A stretch of DNA of 64,000 nt from a virus (IMGVR_UViG_3300020036_007076:5325-69324), one strand, 5' to 3'. Numbered from the stretch's first letter, positions 17,154 to 27,374 are shown. Notes: generated by a model not told the origin, from the sequence alone. A program made the numbers and translations.

Positions 17154-17446
17154 AAACAGAAAAGCAAATAGCAAAAGAAGTAATTGAAATGCTTCAAAAA
17201 TATCCTGGAAAATACCATGGTATTTGTTTAATATTAATAGAATTAGGGTATACTATTGGCTTCAGTACAGGTGGTATAAAAGGACCATTACCTAAATTAT
17301 ACAAATATTTATCAAATCGAGTTAATTATAACTGGAATTTGGGGGTGAGTAGACGTGTTAAAGGTAATCATGATGGTTGGTATTGGAAACCATACCAATC
17401 AACACCACGTATTAAAATATTAAAACAAGTTTATAAAATTAAATAA
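17150..17446 (+). CDS. paralog family member 3
   Basis: shared motifs. Confidence 0.75.
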   Translation: MKTEKQIAKEVIEMLQKYPGKYHGICLILIELGYTIGFSTGGIKGPLPKLYKYLSNRVNYNWNLGVSRRVKGNHDGWYWKPYQSTPRIKILKQVYKIK

Positions 17447-17458
17447 ACATATAAAATT

Positions 17459-17487
17459 GGGAGTATTATTACTCCCTTTCTTTTTTA
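17459..17487 (+). terminator. intrinsic terminator
   Basis: GGGAGTA ttat TACTCCC followed by a T-rich run. Confidence 0.7.
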
Positions 17488-17542
17488 TTAGGACTACAAA
17501 ATTTATTAATGTATATTTAAACAAATAAAAAAATCCAAAACT

Positions 17543-17926
17543 ATGTCACAAAAATATTATACTAAATTAACTGATTTAGATCAGATTAAATTTATTCAAG
17601 AATGTATTTCAAATAAAAATTTATCTGTAAGATCTGCAACTATCAACTGTCCAATAGATAGACAATATCCATTTTTACTTTTAATTATTAAGGAGGATGG
17701 AGATGCTGAAATATGTCAGATGAAAAATCCAGATAAAAATGAATCAAAACTTACCCCCATTAAATTCAAACAATTAGTTAGAACCCATAAATTACCACCC
17801 CACATCAAATTAAATAATGATTATACAGCTATTATTACTTCTAGTGGTGTTAAAGTAGGTTGTCAATTATTTCCCCACAGTATTATTTTAGAATTGGCTG
17901 AAGTAATTAAAAAATTAAATAAATAG
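17543..17926 (+). CDS. hypothetical protein
   Basis: ORF between promoter repeats. Confidence 0.7.
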   Translation: MSQKYYTKLTDLDQIKFIQECISNKNLSVRSATINCPIDRQYPFLLLIIKEDGDAEICQMKNPDKNESKLTPIKFKQLVRTHKLPPHIKLNNDYTAIITSSGVKVGCQLFPHSIILELAEVIKKLNK

Positions 17927-17968
17927 GATTACAATATTTAGTATCGTATATTTATATAAATAAAGGTT

Positions 17969-18310
17969 ATGAAAGAAAACATATCTGAAATAGAATTAGT
18001 TAAACAAATCATTGAAAGACTTGAATCTAATAACCCAAGTTACTCAGGTATATGTTGTGTTATTAATGATATTATGTCTAATTATAATGATAGTGTAATT
18101 GAAGATTATTTACCTAAATTATATAAACACCTATCTCAACGCAATAATAATTATTATTATTGGGATAGAATTGGTAAAATAGAAATTAAAGGGGTAAGAT
18201 ATGGAAAAAGAAAAACCAGAATCAGAGGTACCCACAACCAATTCTATTGGAAACCTTTCCACCACCCACCTCGCATCGCAATTTTGAAGAAAGTATATAA
18301 TATTAAATAG
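17969..18310 (+). CDS. paralog family member 4
   Basis: shared motifs. Confidence 0.75.
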   Translation: MKENISEIELVKQIIERLESNNPSYSGICCVINDIMSNYNDSVIEDYLPKLYKHLSQRNNNYYYWDRIGKIEIKGVRYGKRKTRIRGTHNQFYWKPFHHPPRIAILKKVYNIK

Positions 18311-18374
18311 TTTATTAGGATTACTCTGTTTATTAACATATATTTACCTCAAATAAATAAAAAACCCAAATTAT

Positions 18375-18773
18375 ATGAATAATCTTGATCCAAGAACTAC
18401 TAATATTGTAGTTGATATTTTAAGTAAAACTACCAATAAAGAATTCACTAAAATAATTCAGATGGTGGTTAAAAAGAAAATTAAGAAAACTCTCAAATTC
18501 GAATATAACGTATCTCCATCTACCACTACAGATTGGAATGTTATCAGAGTGGAATTAGCAGATGTGTTGGGGGAAAATGGATTCCATTATTTCAATGATA
18601 AACGCAAAAAATTCAGACGAATCAAATTATATGGTATTAAGGATACAAAACAATTCCTTAAATTCGTAGCAAAACGTTACCCACACCTTCATATCTATCA
18701 TTCAAATGAAAATGATAAAAGTAAATCTTACAGAAACTATTATGATGGATATTGTTTTAAATTACCTTTGTAG
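18375..18773 (+). CDS. hypothetical protein
   Basis: ORF; stop overlaps promoter TAG. Confidence 0.65.
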   Translation: MNNLDPRTTNIVVDILSKTTNKEFTKIIQMVVKKKIKKTLKFEYNVSPSTTTDWNVIRVELADVLGENGFHYFNDKRKKFRRIKLYGIKDTKQFLKFVAKRYPHLHIYHSNENDKSKSYRNYYDGYCFKLPL

Positions 18774-18788
18774 GATTACAATTTAAAT

Positions 18789-19435
18789 TAACGGTTTGCA
18801 TAAGACCAGTAAAGGAATGCGAGAGATGAACTATCGAGTTACACAACAGATTGAGCGGGCTACGATGCTGAAATTACCGATACAACCTTTATTGGTTTTA
18901 TGCGGTGTTACCGCCCGTTTTTATTAATCCTTAAATCAATTTATTATGAGTAAAAAACTCGAAATACTAAAACAATCATTGGCAAAAAAAGAGGAACAAC
19001 TTAACGCTAAATTTGATACTCATTTTGCAACTGTAAAACAAGCCAATGGGCAACCGCTCAACGACAAAAGAAATGGACAAGCCACTTTAAACAAGTGGGA
19101 ACGCCAAAACGAAGGTATTAGGACAATTCAAAAAAGCATTGAAGCGACTAAACAGGCTATTGAAATTGAAGAAGGTAAGATAAAAGGAGTTGAACACACT
19201 AATACTTTTATACCTGCCGAAATTCAAAAGCTGGTTGAAACTGGCGAACTAATTCAATGGAGAAAACACCCGCATACTTTTTTTGTTGCTGGAGTTGATA
19301 AGGCTCGAATTGTTTGGGATGAAAAACGCAAAGTAGTTGCTCATAAATTTGTTAGTGAAATTACTATTCAAGAGCAACGGACAAAATTTGTCAGAATATA
19401 CAACCCATTGAACGCTCTTTTAAATGGGCGGTAAC
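18789..19435 (+). mobile_element. orphan attC-like hairpin plus cassette, joined to the TAAC of an early promoter
   Basis: TAAC ggttt GCATAAGACCAGTAAAGG...CCTTTATTGGTTTTATGC ggt GTTACCGCCCGTTT (18907)...gene...AAATGGGCGGTAAC (19435). Confidence 0.85.
18946..19434 (+). CDS. orphan cassette gene, hypothetical coiled-coil protein
   Basis: stop codon is the TAA of the terminal TAAC. Confidence 0.75.
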   Translation: MSKKLEILKQSLAKKEEQLNAKFDTHFATVKQANGQPLNDKRNGQATLNKWERQNEGIRTIQKSIEATKQAIEIEEGKIKGVEHTNTFIPAEIQKLVETGELIQWRKHPHTFFVAGVDKARIVWDEKRKVVAHKFVSEITIQEQRTKFVRIYNPLNALLNGR

Positions 19436-19898
19436 ACTGATTTTATGGAAGCATTTAATTATGCTATTTCAGAATGGAATGAATTAGCAGATGGTGATAA
19501 TAAAATCAAATCAATCCCACTACCTATATTAAATGAAGCATGGTTATTTTTCCAAGAAGAGGGTGGTATTTCAGTTAATATTATTCAAGCTATGATATGT
19601 CAAATGTGTTAACAAAAACACTAGGACTACATAATTAATAATCATATATTTACAACATGAAAAATGAAAAATTATTATTAACTATTAATATTATATTTGG
19701 TGTAATAGCTCTATCATTATATACATTAAGATACTTTGTAGAATTTAATATAATTTATCCTATTTGTTGTAACATAATTCAATTCATTACAATTATATTT
19801 CAATTGATTAAAATTAAATAAAAAATTCAATTTATATTAGGACTACACTATTTTCAAACATATATTTAAAACATAATAATTATAAAATTCATAACATT

Positions 19899-22800
19899 AT
19901 GTCAAAAATAACAAAATATTCTACCCTAAAACAAAACCCTCCTAAACTAACCATCAAACAAGGAGCAAAAGAAGTTATATTCACCACCATTTCATGTATG
20001 TGTGATAACATTCACTACTTAAAATTCAAGAAAAATGAAGAAGGTGAATTTAAAATGAATGGGAATGGACACTCCATAAGTAATTGGATGATGAAACACC
20101 CAACCCACGAAATAGAATGGAAAGCAGACGAAAATAACTGGGATGAAGTAATCGAAATGATTAATTCAGGTACTGAAGTAGTGGAATCTGTAATCAGTAG
20201 ATAATTTATTAGGCTTACACAACCTATTAACATATATTTACAACATGAAAAAGAAAAACATACACAACCCAACAGATATCCTTACTCATGTATCTAAATT
20301 AGCTAATAAGTTAGAGGATGAAGGTGAATTACAACACGACTTGGGTAAATTTATTCATCTCGTAACTGAATTTGGAATAAAAAAAGCAAAAACATTTGAA
20401 GAAATAGATGCATTTGCTATGGGGGTGTTAGTTCAATTATAATTAATTTATTAGGTCTACAAAATAAATCAACATATATTTACATTATAAATAAAAAAAG
20501 CAAAAATATGAAAAATCTAAAACAATATGAAATTGATGCTATAGTTAATATTATAGTAGAGCAAATCACTCCTCAATTACAACACAAAATCTCCCCTAAA
20601 AAATTAAAACAGATGGAAGTGGACTCTGAGGAAGTTAAACTATTAGATAAACAAATTGATGATTTAACAAATAAACAAAGAAAAATATATGATAAATATA
20701 AAAATGATAGTGAAGTTTCTTGTTATAATAGTTCCTCCCAAATATTCATCCCCCAAAAAGTAAAATTGGATTGGAATGAAAGATTAAAAATTAAAGACGA
20801 AATCATTATTTCATCAATAGCAAACAAGGATATTGAAAAATTAATTAATCAGTTGGTAAAAAAATATTCTAAATAAACCACTAGGATTACACAATTTTAT
20901 AACGTATGTTTACAATATAAGAAATTAAAAATATAAACATTTAAAAAACTATATATCATGAAAGTATCTGATTTAGAATTAAGTAGTATCTTCTTTTCTA
21001 TGGAACACCCATTTGAAATTGGAGAAAATGGAGCAATTAAAGGAAAATTAGGATTCCAAATCATAGTATATGAAACTACTGATGGTGGGATAGGTATTGA
21101 TATTGAACATGTTGATACTATGGATGTTAAATTTTTAGGAATTGATATCGAACTAGGTTATCAAGAATTCAAACAATTCAAAGCTAAATTACTTGAATTA
21201 GGTATAGATGTGAAAAAATTATTGGATGAAGAAGTAGATAAATTTACAGCTGAATTTAATGGAAATGAAATTATTAAAACAAAATTAAAACAAATGTTTA
21301 ATTCTATTAAATAAATAGGACTACAAAACAAAAAAGCATATATTTACAACATGAAACAAATAAAACCTTATAATCAAGTCAAAATTGGTGACATGGCAAT
21401 GGAAAGTCCCGATGCAGGTAATAATTGGGACCATGAATTAGGTGAAATTGTTTGGAAAGGTACTCTAAAAGAGCTTAAAAATTCAAAATATAATGATTTA
21501 GCAGATTATTGGTTTGATGAAGAAGATATATTAGAAGGTTATGATTTAGTTGTAGTTATAACTACTGGGTGGGATGGAGGACCAACATTGTTTGGTTATG
21601 ATGAAGACCCATGTAGCTGTGTTGTATTTGAAGATTAATTAAATTACTAGGCTTACAAAGTTTTACAGTGTATATTTACTTTATAAGAAATTAAAAAAAG
21701 CTAAATATGAACTCAAACCTACTTGTAGTTGAAATAAATATTCCCAATAAACTAATCAAAGCACCCCAAGGTAAAATATTAGTTAAATGTGCTGTAGGGG
21801 ATGAAGATGATGGATATGAAGGGATGACTCAACAACAAATAATAAAAAAGCTAAAAAATAATTATAAAGATACATTAGATTCCCTAATAGCATACTCAGG
21901 AGCAGAAGACTATACGATCGAGGATTGGTTAGAAGAAATGGGTGATGATGAAGATGCTACGCAACTACAATTATCAGATGAAATAAAACTAACACCCAAT
22001 GATGTATGGATATATTGTTTTTTAGATACTAAATTCAATGAGAATGTGGTGATGGATGATTTAATGTATGAGGTAAAACCAAACATATATTTACATAGAG
22101 GTTAAACAATTTCATTAGGACTACAAAACAAAAAAGCATATATTTAATTCAAATAAAAAAGCAAAACATGAAAAAATATCGTGTATCAAGATCAGGAAAA
22201 GAATTAGTTAAACGTGTGGATGATTTCTTCGTTGAAGCAGATAAATTAGGAGCAATACTAGATGACGATGCAATTGATGATGATGATGATTCACTAATAG
22301 GGATAATGAATAGTTTAGTTCAGGTAGGTGATGAAGGAATTACTGAAGAAGAATTCGATGAAACTATTGGGGGTAACTGGGAAGCATGTCTACCACATTT
22401 GGAATTGATAGAATAAAAACCAACATATTAGGCCTACACAACAATAAAGTGTATATTTACAATATGAAAAACATAACACAACAAATAGAAGAGCTAAATA
22501 ATTCCAAGATTGAACGAAAAAGAGTACAATCAGGATTCGAATATTATAGCGATGGAAATTTAGTGATGGAATTAGACGGATTATGCTTACAAACAAACAA
22601 TCCAATATTCCAACAAGCATTAAAGAATGCGTTTAGTGTATATGGGGTGAGATATCAAATTGAAAAATATAATAACAATGTGATAGGATACTGCTTGACA
22701 TTGAGTGGATTGAGAAAAATAGCTCATTTACTATAAGTAGTAGGTTTACAAAATAAAAAAACATATATTTAAAACATAATAAATAAAATATATCATGGCT

Positions 22801-22992
22801 AAAATATCTGAATCAAGACAAAGACAAATCATTGATAAGTGTGAAGATTTATTTGATGAAACAATTATGGGTGCACTGAGTGAAGATTTTGAATTCAAAA
22901 ACACTACCGAAGTAAAAACAGCCATTAATTCATTAATAACACACCTCAAATCTATAAATGTTGAATCATTAGTTAATGATGAAGACTATTGA
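19899..22992 (+). other. run of single-gene early modules, hypothetical (19899, 20245, 20508, 20958, 21351, 21707, 22168, about 22464, 22795)
   Basis: each ORF has its own promoter repeat; several are acidic. Confidence 0.7.
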
Positions 22993-23218
22993 TATAAGTA
23001 TATCTAAAATGTGACAAACTCGTAGATATGGATATACGGTTACGGGACAAAAGTCGGTGTATGTGATCGAGTGTCGAGGTGATGTGTGTTGTGTTTGTGG
23101 TTCGGTCGTAACCCCCCTGCCCCACCCCAGTCCCCTTTTGATATAGTTAACAGATATATACGATTTTGTTAGGATTACGCAGTGTTTTAACATATATTTA
23201 CACAAAAATAAATAAAAC

Positions 23219-23455
23219 ATGGAAATTCAACCAACATACCGCCAACACCTTAAACAACGAATCGATGATTTGTTGGGACAAGTCGAAAAGATACATGATA
23301 TAGTTGCGAACCAACTAATGGAGGTGAGTTTTATTGAGGATAATGAAGAAAAGCATTACAAACTATGCGACATGCAACGCTACCTTAACAAAGCAGACCA
23401 CCTACATTTTGAAATTTATATGTTGGATGAATTAAGAAGCTTACTATGTAAGTAG
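23219..23455 (+). CDS. hypothetical protein
   Basis: follows promoter repeat. Confidence 0.65.
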   Translation: MEIQPTYRQHLKQRIDDLLGQVEKIHDIVANQLMEVSFIEDNEEKHYKLCDMQRYLNKADHLHFEIYMLDELRSLLCK

Positions 23456-23881
23456 GATTACAGAATAAACAAGTGTATATTTACATTAAATAAAAAAGGT
23501 TATGATAGAAGTAATTATAACACCCAAAGTCATATTATCTCACTATTTAAATTAACATAAAAATATTAAACAACGTTTAAATCAACTCCACAACCAACAT
23601 TCAGTAAAATATATGGATGTGTGGTGTTGAATAGAATATAACATTGGGATGTGTGGTTGAAATATTTTACCAATCCAACGATGAAAACGTTCTTTCACCA
23701 TATGTATTATTGAATACAATGTGACAGGATTCCCACAGTGGAACAACGATAAGTGAATGCTCAGTCAGGACTGCTATCAATTGTTTAAGTGTTCAGATTA
23801 TTAATGCCTTTTGTTTGTGCTGATACAATTGCGTATCGGCTATCATTGTCCTCGCCTTAACAAACAAACACATCAACTAAC

Positions 23882-24391
23882 TTATTAGGATTACATATTG
23901 TTTGAGCGTATATTTACCTCAAATAAAAATAAATAATATGAGAAATGTAAGATATTGGTTCGATATATTTACTAAAATTAATAGTGAATGTGATGAGATA
24001 GAATATGTTCCGTTATCAAATGTTGAGTATTATACTGAACAAATATGGAACATGACTGAGGAAGGAGATTTACCGATAGATGAATGTAGAAGAATAGCAA
24101 TTGGAATATCAAAAATTAAATAAATTATTAGGATTACAAGTTAAATAAACATATATTTACCTCAAATAATTAAAATATAAATATATGAACGAACAACAAA
24201 AATTGGCTCACTTATTACAGAACGCAATTGATGAGTCTAATAAAATGTTTGATAATCAAACACAATCACATGCTTATATCATTGGTTATTTACAAGGAAC
24301 AATTAAACAAGTAATTGAAGAATTAAAATAAATTATTAGGATTACATATTGTTTGAGCGTATATTTACCTCAAATAAAAATAAATAATATG
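23882..24391 (+). repeat. 59 bp identical direct repeat (23882-23940 and 24333-24391) of promoter plus leader plus ATG
   Basis: ttattaggattacatattgtttgagcgtatatttacctcaaataaaaataaataatatg occurs twice. Confidence 0.9.
23938..24123 (+). CDS. hypothetical protein
   Basis: start reassigned to the ATG after the promoter. Confidence 0.6.
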   Translation: MRNVRYWFDIFTKINSECDEIEYVPLSNVEYYTEQIWNMTEEGDLPIDECRRIAIGISKIK

Positions 24392-24631
24392 GAAAAATTA
24401 AATCAAATAATTGAACAATTTATTAAATCTTCATTCTCAGAAAGTGAGATACTAGAATTAAATGAAGTAACAAATTTAGTAACTCAAATTCCAATTTCAG
24501 ATATTAATCCAAATATTGTTTCTGAGATTAAAAAATATGGTATATCTGTAGGTTATAGAAGTAATGAAACAGGATTAACGGTATATGTTGATAGTAGTGA
24601 AACTGAAGTATGGGTTGAAAGTTTATTTTAA
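24389..24631 (+). CDS. hypothetical protein
   Basis: start reassigned to the ATG after the promoter. Confidence 0.65.
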   Translation: MEKLNQIIEQFIKSSFSESEILELNEVTNLVTQIPISDINPNIVSEIKKYGISVGYRSNETGLTVYVDSSETEVWVESLF

Positions 24632-24676
24632 AATAAATAAGTAGGATTACCAAACACACAAACATATATTTACAAT

Positions 24677-24892
24677 ATGAAAGATAAAGAGCAATTAATA
24701 TCAGAAATATATAATATAAATCAGGAAACTGAATATATTACACGTGGGTTTATTAATGATGTGTTTGGGAATATACATGAAGTAGTTATATCAGATTATC
24801 CATTACAACCATCATTATATTTCGTTTATCCATATTCATCATTAGCTGATAAATTTATTTCAAGTCAATTACAAAATGCTTTAAATAAATAA
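24677..24892 (+). CDS. hypothetical protein
   Basis: follows promoter repeat. Confidence 0.6.
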   Translation: MKDKEQLISEIYNINQETEYITRGFINDVFGNIHEVVISDYPLQPSLYFVYPYSSLADKFISSQLQNALNK

Positions 24893-24978
24893 TTAGGATT
24901 ACAAGTTAATAAAGTGTATATTTACAACATAAGAAAAATAAATAATAATAACAAATAACAAATAAAAAAATCCAAACC

Positions 24979-25413
24979 ATGAAAAACGAAACAAAAAAAT
25001 CAGCAGCTAAAACTAAAACAGTTAAAGCTAAAGCAGTAAAAACAGTAGTTGAAACACCAGTAGCGGTAGTAACAACTGAAGAAACAAAACAATTAGGCCG
25101 TAAGGTAAACCCGAACAGCGAACGTCAAAAACGCTTAGCGGACAAAGCAGCTAAAATTGCTAGTGGGGAAATCGTTAAACGTGGTCGTCCAGTTGAAGGT
25201 GAATCAGCACGTCAACAACGCTTAGCAGAGCTAAAAGCAAAAGCTGAAGCGAACGGTGGAGTAATCAAACGTGGAAGAGCCATTAATGGTGAATCAGCAA
25301 GACAAAAACGTTTAGCTGAACGCGAAGCAAAATTAGCAGCGGGTGTAACAATTAAACGTGGTCGCCCAGCACAGCCAAAAACAGAGGTTGTGGTTGCTGA
25401 GGAAGTAAAATAA
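24979..25413 (+). CDS. basic K/A/R-rich repeat protein with AT-hook-like KRGRP motifs (putative DNA-binding/nucleoid protein)
   Basis: three GRx(V/I)xxxSxRQxRLA units plus a final KRGRP; strongly biased codon use. Confidence 0.7.
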   Translation: MKNETKKSAAKTKTVKAKAVKTVVETPVAVVTTEETKQLGRKVNPNSERQKRLADKAAKIASGEIVKRGRPVEGESARQQRLAELKAKAEANGGVIKRGRAINGESARQKRLAEREAKLAAGVTIKRGRPAQPKTEVVVAEEVK

Positions 25414-25423
25414 ATAGTGCAGT

Positions 25424-25460
25424 GTGAGCCCCTGGGAGAAAGGGGGCTCATACTTATTTT
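25424..25460 (+). terminator. intrinsic terminator
   Basis: GTGAGCCCCT gggagaa AGGGGGCTCAT followed by a T-rich run. Confidence 0.7.
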
Positions 25461-25649
25461 AGTCGGGTATATATACGATATATATCATAACTGCATAGTA
25501 TCCCATACGCGCCGTATTCCATATAACGGGCCGGGGGGTGGCGACAAAGATTTGGATTAATTTTCAGAGTTTATATAACTATAGTGGGTCGATGAGGTAT
25601 ATACTTATATATCACCCACAACAACACAACAACAAATAAAATAAAAAAT

Positions 25650-25901
25650 ATGAGAAAATTATTATGTTTACTTGGAATCCACAAACACGAATTCTATAGA
25701 TGGTCTGAATATTGGTATAATGTAGACGCTTGGAACCAAAAAGGAGGTAAAGTTAAAATATATAAATGTGCTTGTTGTGGTAAGTATTCTAAACCACCTA
25801 AATGGTATAAAAAAGAATATAGAAACCAATATCCATTTGTAGATATACATGGTTTCCCAGCTAAATGGCATCCCGAAGTAAAAGAAATAGCAGAATTATA
25901 A
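25650..25901 (+). CDS. hypothetical protein (LCLLGIHK...CACCGK)
   Basis: ORF with probable metal ligands. Confidence 0.6.
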   Translation: MRKLLCLLGIHKHEFYRWSEYWYNVDAWNQKGGKVKIYKCACCGKYSKPPKWYKKEYRNQYPFVDIHGFPAKWHPEVKEIAEL

Positions 25902-25922
25902 TTAAATATTATTACATAAAAA

Positions 25923-26258
25923 ATGGAACCAGACTACCCTCAACACTATAAAAATTACATAGGAGCCTATGGTAAACGTTTTTATAGACCTTTTGAAAAA
26001 GAGTACATCTTTAAAATCCTCGACTATAGAGTAAGAACAATGAAAGGTATATTAAATGAACATTGTGTTATTCCAGAATTTTTACTTGAAGATGGAACTG
26101 ATGAAACAGATAGTATATTTTCAGATCCAAGAGGTACGTGGTATGATTGTGAGGATACTTGCATTATAACAAACGAATTACCCGTTTTAAAAATTGATTG
26201 GGTGGCTAATGTAAACGACTCTGATTATGAAAAGGAGTATTTTAATCCATTTTTATAA
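25923..26258 (+). CDS. hypothetical protein
   Basis: ORF. Confidence 0.6.
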   Translation: MEPDYPQHYKNYIGAYGKRFYRPFEKEYIFKILDYRVRTMKGILNEHCVIPEFLLEDGTDETDSIFSDPRGTWYDCEDTCIITNELPVLKIDWVANVNDSDYEKEYFNPFL

Positions 26259-26410
26259 ATTGAATTTCCATATGGCCCTTTTTGGGAAAAATCCAAAGGA
26301 TTAACCTCTAAGAGAACCAAAAATTTTTACCCATAGAAAAAAGATATATACTTATATAATTTTCAATTAAATAATTGGGATTACAAGATTTTTAATCGTA
26401 TATTTAATAC

Positions 26411-26662
26411 ATGAGAGATAAAGATCCAAAGGAAAAAGCTAAAGAATTTGTTGATATGTTTTATTACATGTTACCAAATAATGGATATTTAGATTTGGGA
26501 ATAAACAGTTGCGATAGTAGATATAAAGAAGGTATTAAATGTGCTAGGAAATGTGTTAAAGAAATCATAAAAGCTTTAGATTTTAACAAAGAAAACCAAT
26601 TTATTATAGAAAATTATTGGAAAATTGTTGAAAAAGAATTGGAAGAAAATTTCGACCTTTAA
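26411..26662 (+). CDS. hypothetical phage protein
   Basis: PKEKAKEFV...CVKEII family-like; own promoter. Confidence 0.65.
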   Translation: MRDKDPKEKAKEFVDMFYYMLPNNGYLDLGINSCDSRYKEGIKCARKCVKEIIKALDFNKENQFIIENYWKIVEKELEENFDL

Positions 26663-26727
26663 TATATTTGTATATATGTATTAAGGATGTATAGAGATGA
26701 AAGTATATACGTATTAAAATAATATAT

Positions 26728-26808
26728 TGCGGAATGTGAGAAGATGGTATCTCATTGGCCTCATAAGCCAACGCGTAAGCCTCACGGGTTCGAGTCCCGT
26801 TTCCGCTA
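26728..26808 (+). tRNA. tRNA-Met (CAT), initiator-like
   Basis: TTGGC CT CAT AA GCCAA; GGTTCGAGTCC T-arm; probable 1:72 mismatch. Confidence 0.8.
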
Positions 26809-26905
26809 CAAATAAAAATAGTTAGAAATAACATGAAGCGTAACGTCATCCGGAGGGGTCCTACGTACCATGACAATGTTCGGGAGTTGTTTATTTTTAT
26901 TATTT

Positions 26906-26977
26906 GGTCCTATAGTTCAAGGGATAGAACAGAAGTTTTCTAAACTTCCAATACAGGTTCGAGTCCTGTTGGGACTA
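26906..26977 (+). tRNA. tRNA-Arg (TCT)
   Basis: GAAGT TT TCT AA ACTTC. Confidence 0.9.
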
Positions 26978-26988
26978 CAAAAATATAT

Positions 26989-27060
26989 GCTCCCGTCGTC
27001 TACTGGCTAGGACATTTGGTTTTCGACCAAAGAAAGACGGATCGATACCGTTCGGGAGTA
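26989..27060 (+). tRNA. tRNA-Glu (TTC)
   Basis: TTTGG TT TTC GA CCAAA. Confidence 0.88.
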
Positions 27061-27362
27061 CGATTACTAAGGTAAAGCTAAGGGTGTAAGAACCTTTATG
27101 TTGGTTAGGGGGAAGCCCCCATGAAATTCTAGGGTAATTTCTTCCTAGAGGTTAAATCCAACTAAAGTGCTAAACTATATAGATAAAGTTAACTTACTTC
27201 CTCTTAGTCTTCAATTGACAGGAATAATACTTTCACATCGGGGTACCTGTAAGCGATGATAACTTAGTAAGTCTTACGTCAATCCATTGACTGTTTCAAA
27301 GGAAGAATTAAATGGATTATTAAGTATGGGCGTCCATCACCTACGACAGAGGAAGACCATAG
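27061..27362 (+). ncRNA. unassigned structured ncRNA of about 300 nt
   Basis: ORF-free; several helices, including crossing pairs 27064/27263 and 27197/27348. Confidence 0.5.
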
Positions 27363-27374
27363 ACACAATTTAAT

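Noticed and set aside
23902-24388. Identical N-termini MSVYLPQIKINN on two ORFs
   Set aside because: An artefact of TTG starts inside the duplicated promoter; the real starts are ATG at 23938 and 24389.
27061-27362. RNase P RNA or group I intron
   Set aside because: GAGGAAG is present but not in the RNase P GAGGAAAGUCC context or position, and group I R/S elements are not in the right order.
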